From Planctomycetota bacterium (lineage in GTDB: Bacteria; Planctomycetota; JACQVV01): a stretch of DNA of 64,000 nucleotides. Position 1 is the stretch's first letter. Every line of letters starts with the position of its first letter. A model generated the notes under the pieces. It was not told where the DNA came from. It saw only the letters and a list, made by a program, of their open reading frames with translations, and searched no databases. A program made the translations under genes and the position numbers. Shown one piece after another: positions 27,210-36,800 of the stretch. The stretch covers positions 852 to 64,851 of the forward strand of contig JACQVV010000510.1 of NCBI GenBank assembly GCA_016209595.1, given 5' to 3'.

Positions 27210-27392
27210 CACGGTCTCATTGAGGCGGCGCGGTTCGCCGAGCGCACCCACGGGCCGGCGGCGCGGGTTGAGCGATGCGGGCCGCCGGGGCTCCTCGGGC
27301 AGGGGAAGGACGAAAGGGTCCGCCGGGCCTACCTCGGGATCGCCGGCGATCCAGGCCGCCCTCTCCCTCCCTCCCCGACCGCCGAAGCGTGA
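27210..27392 (+). pseudogene. Displaced, decayed 3' fragment of a livF-type gene
   Basis: In frame it reads ..AARFAERTHGPAARVERCGPPGLLGQGKDERVRRAYLGIAGDPGRPLPPSPTAEA-stop. This parallels the livF end ..ASDHAYVLREGRIELSGPASEVKSDERVRRAYLGIACDPGRPLPPSPTAEA-stop. There is no N-terminal ABC domain. Confidence 0.65.
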
Positions 27393-27454
27393 GGCGGACG
27401 GATTGCGCCGGAAGGCTGCGAAGGGGCCCTCCCTCCACGACTGCCGAGGCGTGA
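27316..27454 (+). repeat. Direct repeat, right copy
   Basis: Matches 23459..23597. Here it continues into gagagggagggagagg (27453..27468), the inverted partner of cctctccctccctc (27359..27372), forming a long hairpin element between convergent genes. Confidence 0.85.
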
Positions 27455-27478
27455 GAGGGAGGGAGAGGACCCGGCGCG

Positions 27479-29200
27479 CTACTTGTAGAGGAGCGACTGG
27501 TTCATCGGGTGCTCGATCTGATAGCCGAAGGTCACGTCGAGCGGCGTGCGGGCCGGGACCTTGAGGCTAAAGGAGAGGATCCCCTTCTCGTCGGGCTTGG
27601 TGTCGGCGACGCTCGCGCCAAGGAACTTCACCTGGACGTCGTCGCTCTGCGAGATCGGGATCTGGTCCTCGAGTTCGACCTCGACCTCCTGGCCGTGGAA
27701 GTTCTCGACCTTGATCTTGAACTCGTAGGTGACGAGCTGGCTCTGGCGGAACCGCTCGGGCCCTTTGGTCTCGCGCTTCACGAGCTCGCGGGTGACCTTG
27801 AGGCCGTCGTCGGGGCCGAAGAAGAGGTCGAGCTCCTCGTTGGCGGAGGCGTCGGGGACGTTCGCGGCCCCGACATACGAGCCGTCGACGAAGACGTTCG
27901 AGGCCCCGGCGAGGAAGGGGAACGAGGTGGCGTTGGCGAGCTCGGCCTTCCGGATGACGAGCGACTGCGCGGCGGGAAGCGCGACGTACTTCAGGCGGGC
28001 GGGCAGGAGCTCCGAGAAGATCACGACCTTGTGGGCGGAGCGATCGGAGAGGATCGTCTCGGGTTTGGCGAGGTCGTAGCGCACGCTCGAGAAGCGGTCC
28101 TGGATCCGCTCGATCGCCTGCTCGATCTCCTTCTTCGAGAGGCCGTTCGCCGCGAGGAAGCTCTCGTCCTGGCTCGCGAACTCGAGCATGTTCTGGCGGA
28201 AGTTCCCGAGATCGTGCTGGCTCTGGAAGCGCGACTGGACCCAGGCCTGCGTGTCGAGGGCGTCGTTCAGGCCGCGGACGTCCAGGACGAGCTGCTGGAT
28301 CCCCGCCCCGTCCATCGAGACCACGACGGGCGAGGTCTCGGGGACGTCGAGCCGGTACTCCGGCCGGGCGCGGGCGAGCGTGAGCTTCACCCCTTCCCAG
28401 CCTTCTCCGGAAGCCTGGGTCACGAGCCCATAGCAGGTGAAACGGACGCGGGCGTCGTCCGTGTAGAGGTGGACGTCGTAGGTCGGCGCCCAGTAGACCT
28501 CGGGGACGACGTAGTGGATGCGGACCGTGACCTTGCCCGCGCGTTCGGCACGGACCGTGACCGTCACCTCCTTCATCTCCTGCGGCCTCTCCGAGGCGAG
28601 GCGCGCCCGTTCGCTCGTGAGCTTCTCGAGCTCCGTCTTCTTGACGCGCAGATCCTCCTCGATCGCGAGCCGGCTCTTGTCCGACCCCTCCATCCCCTCG
28701 CGAACGAAGGTCATGATCCGCTGCCACTCCTCGATCGAGAGGGCTTTCCCTTTCTCGGTGTCCTGGATCGACTGGAGCGTGGCGGTCCGGATCGTCCCGT
28801 AGAAGGCGCGCTCCTCCTCCAGGCGCTTGAGCGTCCACTCGACCTCGCGGACGAGGTCCGCCTGCTCCCGGATCTTGGCGTCGAGCTCGGCGACCTGGCG
28901 GGAGAGGGGCTCGGTGAGGTAGCGGGTCTGGGTTTCGATCCCGACCACGTCCACCCCCTCGTCGGTGGAGGCCCGCAGGGTCCCCGCGTCGAGGTTGGCG
29001 ACGAGTCCCGAAAAAGGAACCTGATTCAGGCCGACGGAGACTTCGACTTCGCGCTCCCGGGTCACCTCCGCCGACTGTGGATAGACGACGACGTGCGAGA
29101 TCTTCGATGTCGCCGACCCGTTCTCCCCCTGGCCGAAGGCGGGGGAGAGGGCGAGCGCGGCGAAGAGGGCGAGGACGGCGAGAGCGCGGTCAGGTCGCAT
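27479..29200 (-). CDS. DUF4139/DUF4140 protein (mucoidy inhibitor MuiA-like)
   Basis: Internal ATG at 29200 gives the signal peptide MRPDRALAVLALFAALALSPAFG. VVVYPQSAEVTRE...GLVANLDAGTLRAS is followed by a coiled-coil and a C-terminal beta-rich domain typical of the family. Confidence 0.7.
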   Translation of the reverse strand: MRPDRALAVLALFAALALSPAFGQGENGSATSKISHVVVYPQSAEVTREREVEVSVGLNQVPFSGLVANLDAGTLRASTDEGVDVVGIETQTRYLTEPLSRQVAELDAKIREQADLVREVEWTLKRLEEERAFYGTIRTATLQSIQDTEKGKALSIEEWQRIMTFVREGMEGSDKSRLAIEEDLRVKKTELEKLTSERARLASERPQEMKEVTVTVRAERAGKVTVRIHYVVPEVYWAPTYDVHLYTDDARVRFTCYGLVTQASGEGWEGVKLTLARARPEYRLDVPETSPVVVSMDGAGIQQLVLDVRGLNDALDTQAWVQSRFQSQHDLGNFRQNMLEFASQDESFLAANGLSKKEIEQAIERIQDRFSSVRYDLAKPETILSDRSAHKVVIFSELLPARLKYVALPAAQSLVIRKAELANATSFPFLAGASNVFVDGSYVGAANVPDASANEELDLFFGPDDGLKVTRELVKRETKGPERFRQSQLVTYEFKIKVENFHGQEVEVELEDQIPISQSDDVQVKFLGASVADTKPDEKGILSFSLKVPARTPLDVTFGYQIEHPMNQSLLYK

Positions 29201-29305
29201 GAGAATCCTCCTGTGGGCTTTCTTGAATCCCTTGGGTCCGTACCAGGCTACCACCGGGAGGAGGATGGTATTCCCGGTTGTCCGTGATCCGGCCATCCAA
29301 GATAG

Positions 29306-29335
29306 TTGCCCGCCGCGCGCGGGCGCGTGTACAAT
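29306..29335 (+). promoter_or_regulatory. Candidate sigma-70 promoter for the lipoprotein / mega-ORF operon
   Basis: TTGCCC-N18-TACAAT, read directly. The AT-rich -10 hexamer is conspicuous in this GC-rich DNA. It is followed about 30 nt later by gagaggag and the ATG at 29382. Confidence 0.35.
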
Positions 29336-29381
29336 CCCCGCTCAAGTGTCGCTCCGGTGGCCGTTTGAGAGGAGACCGATC

Positions 29382-29654
29382 ATGGCCCGTACGCTCGTGC
29401 TGGCCCTACTGCTGGGAGCCGTCCTCCTGGCCGTCGGCTGCCACTATTCCGATTACAGCGTCGCCTACGCCGACAAGAACACGGCCGTCTTCGTGTCCAA
29501 ACGGTCGGCGCCGCCGCCGCCGCCTCCGGCCCCGCCGCCCTACTACGGGCCCCCCCCGCACTACCCCGGAGACCAGGCTTCGGGCTTCAGGCTTCAGGGG
29601 TTGCGTTGCGGGGCCGGGAAGCCGCGTCTGAGCTGTAGGCGCCGCCCGCCGTGA
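29382..29654 (+). CDS. Small proline-rich lipoprotein
   Basis: RBS gagaggag, MARTLVLALLLGAVLLAVGC lipobox and a PPPPPPAPPPYYGPPPHYPG tract. Its last ~25 codons run through heptamer-repeat DNA. The stop overlaps the GTG start of the mega-ORF (GTGA). Confidence 0.5.
   Translation: MARTLVLALLLGAVLLAVGCHYSDYSVAYADKNTAVFVSKRSAPPPPPPAPPPYYGPPPHYPGDQASGFRLQGLRCGAGKPRLSCRRRPP
29576..29610. repeat. Tandem heptamers (ggcttcg ggcttca ggcttca) followed by ttgcg-ttgcg
   Basis: Read directly. The ttgcg units resemble the reverse complement of the tccgcaa heptamer at 6739..6759. Confidence 0.7.
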
Positions 29655-30830
29655 TACCCAGATACGACGCGATCGTCGTCGGCGCGGGCCCGGCGGGCGT
29701 CACCGCCGCGGCCGTCCTCGGCCGGAGAGGGCTTTCGGTGCTCCTCTTGGAGGCCGCGGTCTTCCCGGGGGCGGAGAACTGGTCGGGCGCGGTCTATTTC
29801 ACCGAGACCCTCGAGGACGAATCGGTGTTCGGGGCCGCCGGGCTCTCCGAGGCCCCGTTCGAGCGAAAGGTCGTCCGGAGAGGGTTCTTCTCCTCGAACG
29901 GCCACACCGTCCTCGGCGCGACGCTCGACTCGCCCGACACCTTCGCAAGCTCCTGCACCGTGCTCCGGCCGGTCTTCGACCGGTATCTCGCCGAGAAGAC
30001 CCGCGACTACGGGGTCACCCTCGTTCCGGAGACGACGGTTACGAGCCTCATCCGCGAACGCGGGCGGGTCGTGGGCGTCCACACGGAGCGGGGCCCCGCC
30101 TACGCGGACGTGGTCTTCCTCGCCGAGGGGGACGCGAGCCACCTGGTGAGCCAGGAGGGATACGAACGTCGCGGACCGGACGGGCGCTCAATCCGGCCGA
30201 AATTCCTCCAAGGCGTCCGCGAGGTGCTCCGGCTCCCGCCGTCCGAGATCGAGCGCCGCTTCGGGCTCATCCCGGGCGAGGGGGCAGCCTACGAGTTCCT
30301 GGTGAGGAACGGGGTTCGCCACGGCCGCCCGGTTCCCCTGAACCTGGGCGCCTTCCTCTACACGAACCTCGACTCTCTCTCGATCGGATACGTTCTCCCC
30401 CTCTCGAACCTCCGCGAGCACTGGGACGGCGACCACAACCAGCTTATGGAATGGTTGAAAGCCCAGGAAGTTTTCCGGCCCTGGATCGAGGGAGGGGAGA
30501 GCGCGAGTTACGGTGCGAAGCTCATCCGCGGCGGCGGCTTCCGGGAGATACCGCGGCTCGCCGCCCACGGCCTGGCGATCGGCGGCGCGGCGAGCGGGAT
30601 CGGCCTCGACTTCCCCTACCCCAACTTCACGGGGCCCGCGACGGCCATGGGGAAGCTCTTCGCCGAGGCGGTGCTCTCGATCCGGGAGTCCGGCGAGGCG
30701 TTCACCGCCGAGGCGCTCGAAGAGGAATACGTCCGGAAGCTCGAGCGGTCCCACTACTACAGGAGCGTCGAGTACCTCTCTGACTGGCCCGCCTATGTCG
30801 AGTCCACGCGGGTCTTCTTCGGATCTTCCA
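29651..30830 (+). other. Domain: FAD-dependent oxidoreductase, FixC / ETF-quinone oxidoreductase-like
   Basis: YDAIVVGAGPAGVTAAAVLGRRGLSVLLLE dinucleotide fold; later GDASHLV and LAIGGAASG. Confidence 0.7.
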
Positions 30831-33800
30831 TCGATCTCGCCAACGGGGCGGCCTACGTCCTCACCCGACCGCATCTCCCGGCTTTTCCCAAGTGGTGGGA
30901 GCTCGTCCGGGTGGTGCGGGAGGCCGTGCCGATTCGCGCCCTGCCGGCCACCCTCCGGGACGGCCTCATCCTCGCGCGCGTCTTCCGGGTGCCGGAGCTC
31001 CTCCTCGCCCATCTCCCCCGGGTCCTCGTGGCCTGGACGGTGAACTCCCTCACCGCGCTTCTGCCCGGAGGCTGGATCCCCTTCGACCGGTTCCGGGTCC
31101 ACTTCCACGTCGCGGGCGGGCGGGAGCCGGTGGCGGATCCGCCGGCGTTCGTTCGCTGGGCCGGACGGCGGATCGTGCCAGGTCTCGGGCGGGCCCTCCT
31201 TTCTGTCTACGCGAACGACGGGGCGGCGCTCCCCGAGAAGCTCCGCGCGGCTGCCCGGAGGGTCCTGGAGCGCCTTTCCTGGCTCGACCTTCTCCTCGCC
31301 TGCGGACTCGCGGTCGTCTTCGCCGTGACGGCGACGGTCCAGCGCGCCGGCGAGATCCTGCGCGCCGCCCTCGGCGGGCTTTTCGCCCTGGGCTTCCGCG
31401 GCGGCGCCGGACCCGCCGAGCGCTGTCGCGCCGCGCGCGACGCGGCGGCGGCCCTCGACGACCCCGCCCATGCCGCCGGGACGGACCTGGCGCGGAAGCT
31501 CGGCTACAACACCTACTTCCCCGGCCGCGAGAGCCACATCCAGGTCTTCCGGCCCTCCGGGATTCCCCGGCGGGGCGAGCTCGCGCGTTCCTCGCTTTTC
31601 TCCATCTGTCCGGCGAAGGTCTACGAGAAAGAGGAAAATCCGGGAGGCCCGCCGTCGGTCGCCGTCCACTTCGAGAACTGCGTGAAGTGCGAGAGCTGCT
31701 GGCGGGCGACGGACGAGGTCCACTGGAGCCGGGCAACCTCGCAACGCCTGATCTACGAAACGTACTCCCCGGCGCAGCGGAAGCTCGTCTCCTACCTCGA
31801 ATCGCGTCCGGATCCGGAACCGACTCCGCCGCCCGCGCTCGATCGCTGGGCCGACTGGCTCCTCCCACAGCGCTCGGGGCTCGATGCTTTCGCGGACTCG
31901 CTCGCGCCCGCGACGGCACTCCGCGTCGCCCGGCGCGTGAAGGAGGTTCTGGCCCGGGCATCTTCCGTGAAACGCGCCGCAAACCGGTTCGCCGAGGCGC
32001 TCTCAAAGGTCCCGCGCGTCCTCGACGAGGCACGAGCGGCCTGGCTCGCGGACCTCGCCGCCGCAGGCCGCTCGGGAGTCCTTTCCCTCGCCGAGCGGGT
32101 CCTCTCCTCACCCCTGGCGGAGCTCCGTCCGTACCTCGAAGCGCGGGCCCCCGACCATCTCTTCACGCTGGTCGGCTCGCTCGTCGAGAGGGTCGAGGAG
32201 TTCCCCCGGCTCGCCTCCGAGCGCAGGTTCTTCTGGATCGGCGTTCTTTTCCGGCAGTTGGTCGACCACCAACTCCATGGCCTCATCCTCGCGGTGTCGC
32301 CGCTCGCCATCCGGCTCGACCTTTGCGAGTCGAGGCCGCCGCGGGTGCCGGGGCTCCGGCGGACCCGATGGGACGAGCTCCGCGGCTCGCTGCGCGAGAG
32401 ACTCGCCTCGGCGTTCGACCGCGCCTCCGTGAAGGCTCTCGACGACGGGAAAGATCTCGGGGAGCCGGCCCGCGAGCTCCTCGGCCGGCTCTACGTCGAG
32501 GCGCGCCGGCTCGCCCCCTCGGACGGTTACGGACCCGGGGAGGTTCTGGTGGAGGAGCTCGCCAGGATCGACCCCTCGCTCGCGCTGTCGGTGGGAGGAC
32601 ACCAGGCGGCGGTGCGCTACCTCGATCTCCTGGGAGCTCAAGCGAGGACCGGAGACCTCGCCGAGGGTCGCGAGTGGGCGGTCCTCGTTCCCCGGCCGGG
32701 GGAACTCGTCCCGGCGGCACTTGCCGACCGATTCTGCGTTCTCTCCCCCGATGGTTCCGCCCATGTCGTTCGCAAGGACCACCCGGGACTCGCCGTGGAG
32801 CCGTGCCGGACGATCGGGGTGCGCGGGGCACGGCTCTCCCGAGTCCGATTCGACCCGGCCGCCGGGGATGTGGATTTTGCCGTTGCGGCCCCCGCCGGAT
32901 TCGTCCCGGAGGACGCGCTTCTCGCGGCATGGAGTCGCTCCTTTCTCGCCCTCGCCCTGGGCGCGGGCGAGTACCTGCTGGAACGGGCCAGAGCGCACGC
33001 GACGGGGCGCGTTCAGTTCCCGGGCGAGTTCCGCGATGAGGCCGGCCGCGAGGGGATCGCGAAGTTCGGGGCCGTGAAGGAGATGCTCGCCACGATGGAG
33101 CTCCATCGCCTCGAACTCTCGGCCCTCGCCGGAGAGGATGAGGATGAGGATCCGGGTGCGACACGGGCCGCCGTGCGCCATCTCGCTGCTGCCCTCGCGC
33201 TTTCCCCGGTCCCGGGCTCCTTCACCTACGACTCCGGACAGGTCTTCGGCGGCACCGCCTACAGCGAGGACGACGTCCTCGCGAAGTTCTACCGCGACGG
33301 CGTCGCGCTGGGACGATTGACGCCGGACGTTTCGCTCGCCAGGACGCGAATCGCGACGAGCTTCCTCGCGGGTTGGCCCGAGAACGCGAGCATGCGCGCG
33401 CTCGATGAGGCCGAGCGCTGGGGCGTGCTCGCCGGCGCCGCCCGCCGGATTCGAGAGGCGTGTGGCGTCCTCTCGGAGTGGGCCTCTCGCGCTCGCGAGT
33501 CCGCTACCCCCGACGCGGCTCTGGCCGGCGCGGTGGTTGGGGACGCGATCCTCGCGGTCCACCTCGCGCGACTTGTGGCGGTCGAGGCCCAGGAGCTGCT
33601 GGAATCGGGCCGCGCGGCCCATCTGGAGACCGAGCTCGCGCGCCTCGCGGCGGACCGGGCGCTCCCGGCCGCCCGCGCGGCCGTCCGGTCCTGGGATCTT
33701 GCCGGGCGCACCGCCTTGCTCGGACGCCGCGCGCTCGAGGGTCCGCTCTTCGAGCCGGCGGCTTCGGTTGGCGCCTGTCAGGGGGAGGGGAACAGCCCCC

Positions 33801-36800
33801 CCTTCCAACTCGGAACGCGGAACTCGGAGCTCGGAACTGAAAACAGCAGGGCGGCCTTGGCCCCAGTTCCGCATTCCGCCTTCCGCACTCCGCATTCGGG
33901 CGGCCCCCTCCCCCTTCCCAAGCGCGGGACGTACCGCGAGATCATCGAGTCGCCGGCCACCTACGACTCGGGAGAATTCCTCTCGCGGCCCTTCGACCTT
34001 GAAAGGCCCCGCTACGTTCCGGAAACGGTCGCTCGCGACGCCGATCTCTGGGACTTCCACGTCCGGACTCGTGAGTTCTACCGTTCCCAGTTCCACGGGC
34101 GGCTCTTCGACGGCTCGACCTACGGCCGGATGCTGGAACGACTCCACCGGGTTCCAGCCGCGGACCTCGCGCGCATTCAGGATCACGGCCACTTCAGGGT
34201 GTTCATTCCGCGGGAACTGGGTGGCCTCGGGCTCCCCAAGGCGTACTACTACCTGGTGATCCTCCACGCGACGCGCTGGGCCGATCCGGCGGTCTCCCTC
34301 ACGATCCAAGTCAACTCCTCGATCGGGACGACCCCGTTCCTGATCGGCCTTTCGGAGGTCCGGGAGGCCGCGCGAGATCTCGCGGCGGGAAACGCGGCGG
34401 GGTTCTTCGGAGAGATCGCGTCGCTCTTGCTCAAGGACCGGGCCCAGGACGCGCGGGAACTCCTCGCCCGTCGGTTCGGCCGCTCGCCCGTCCTGCGACA
34501 GATCTCCGGGCCCCTCCTCGACGCCCTCCGCGGAAGGGCCGGGGAGGCCTCGCGTCTCCTGGAGGCCCTGCCGGCTGCTCTCGCGGCGCGCCTGGAGGAG
34601 TGCGAGCGCCAGCGCCGGGCGCTCTCGCTCGCGCTCTCGCTTGTCTCCGCCGGGCAGGTGAGCGCGTTCGCCCTCACCGAGCCGACGGCGGGGAGCGACT
34701 CGGGCGGGGTGAAGACGACCGCCCGCCGCGAGCGCCGCCGCGTCCATGCGGATCCCGACGGGGTCCTCTGGTTCTGGCTCGACGAGGAGAGTGAGGAAAA
34801 GCGCCGGAACCTCGTGGATGCCGACCGGATCTCGACCGAGAGTCGCCGGATCCTCTACCGCTGGTCGGATTCCGAGGCGCCCGCCGAGATCCGCTTCGAC
34901 GAGTACGACTACGAGCGAGCCGGCGCCGCCGGCTGGCGCACCTACCTCCACGGCTCGCGGAAGGTCGAGATCCACGACGTCGCCCAGGTCCGGCGCGGCC
35001 CGGACGGACTCTTCTACGAGTACTACGAGCTCTCGGGCGCCAAGATGTGGATCACGAACGGCCGGTACGCGGGGCTGTTCGCCCTCTACGCGCTCACGGC
35101 GCCGGGCGAGGTCTCTGGGCTAGTGGTGGACCGCCACGCCGAGGGGCTGGTCGTCGGCGCCGACGAGGAGAAGCTCGGCCAACTGGGCTCGCCGACGAAC
35201 GAGCTCTCGCTCGACCGGGTCCGGGTCGCTGCCGAGAACCTGATCGGCGTCGCCGGCCGGGGGCAGGTGAACGCGCTGGAGACTCTGAACGTCGGCCGGA
35301 GCGGCCTCGCGATGACCTCCGTCGGGATGCTCCGCGATCTCCTCTTCTGCGACGTAGAGGACCGGCGGGGCGCCGGGGAGGCCGCGCTCCCGGCCTCGGA
35401 CCTCTTCCGCATGGGCCGTATCGTCGAGGAACTCGCGGCCTGCGATTCGCTTGCCCACGAGCTCGTCGGACTCTTCGATCACAAGGGGACGAGGAGCCTG
35501 CGGATCGAGTCGGGCGTGGCCAAACTCTTCGCGACCGAGTCGCTCGGGCTGGCGATCTCCGAGGCGGAGGAGCTCCGCGGGGAGGGTGCGGTCTCCACTC
35601 GCTTCGACCTGGAGAAGAAGCGCCGCGACCACCGCGTGCTCACGATCTACGAGGGCACGAACGAGGTGCAGCGGTTCCTCGTGCTCAAGGATCTGGTGCA
35701 GCGCGTTCTCCCGGCGTGGCGGGTTGCTCCGCCAGGAGAGCCGCCCGCGTTGAAAGGGGGAGGGGAACTGCCCCCTCCCCCTTCCTGCCGCCGGCACTCC
35801 CCTTGCGAAGCAAGGGTCGTGCCAGCGGCCCCCTCCCCTTCCTCCCCCGTGGGCGTGAATCCCGTCCACGTTGCGTTCCTGGAGAGCGCGAAAGAGCGCC
35901 TCCGCGCGCGCCTCGCGAGCGCCGTGGATCGGTTCGGAGAGGACGTCTGGCGGAATCCCTCGCTCCAGCCCTCCTTCTTCCGCCTCGCGGAGACGGCGAG
36001 CTGGATCAAGGTCGCCGATTCGGTTCTCTACCGGATGGCGAGGCTCGCGGCGATGGCCGAGCCCGGCCCTGCCGATCCGCACGGGAAAGCCGGAAACGAG
36101 ACGCGCCCCGAGGACCCTTTCCTGGAGGCAGGGGCGCTCCTGCTCGAGCGGGCGCGGATCGAGCTCGACCTCCTCGACGAGCGACACGCCCTCTCTCTTG
36201 CCTACTTGGAGGCCGGCCGCTATCCGCCGGAGATCATCGCCGCCGAGCTGGGACTGGAGGAGGCCGCGCGTCCGGGGTCGGTCCCGGTCCCGTCGCCGGC
36301 GCCGGGCGCGTTCGGACGGCCCGCGACCGTCGTGGTCGCAGTGAAGCCTGAGTTTGTGCTCGCGCCTCGCCCGCGGGTCGAAGAGGGCCGACTCGTCGAG
36401 CCGCTTCGCGCGCTGTCTCTCGCCGACCGGCGTGCGCTTTCGGTGGCGGAGAAGATCCGGGACGCGGACCCGGGCCGCATTCGCCTCGTCGTCGTCACGG
36501 CCGGCCCCCCGATCTGGGCCGAGATTCTGAGAGAGGCCGCGAGCTACGGCGCGGACGATGCCGTCCATGTGCTCGTACCGGACGGGGGCGAGGACCCGAT
36601 CGCCGCCGCCGGGTGGGTGGCGAAGGCCCTGGCGGAGCTGGGGGTCCGTCCCGATCTCGTCCTGGCTGGAGAGCGGAGCCCCGGATCGGGGAGGGGCGCC
36701 TTCGTGCCCGCGCTCGCCGAGGAGCTCTCGGCGGAGCACGCATCGGAGCTTGCGGCGGTGCTCCCCGCGCCGCCCGATCCCGCGCTGGAGGGGGGTGGAC

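Larger units (their letters stand above)
23598..27315. mobile_element. Putative inserted genomic islet (no recombinase seen)
   Basis: Bounded by the two 139-bp direct repeats. It carries five accessory-type genes, and parts (about 26000..27200) look less GC-rich than the flanks by eye. It interrupts what otherwise reads as a livF / hairpin / convergent-gene junction. Confidence 0.55.

Noticed and set aside
27359-27468. Long hairpin (cctctccctccctc ... gagagggagggagagg) as a simple rho-independent terminator.
   Set aside because: The arms are ~80 nt apart and no U-tract follows. It fits a REP-like structured element better than a canonical intrinsic terminator, although it may still attenuate convergent transcription.
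29199-29381. N-terminal extension of the small lipoprotein ORF, and N-terminal extension of the DUF4139 ORF (29201..29296).
   Set aside because: Both extensions cross the divergent promoter region and precede clear signal peptides that start at internal Met codons.
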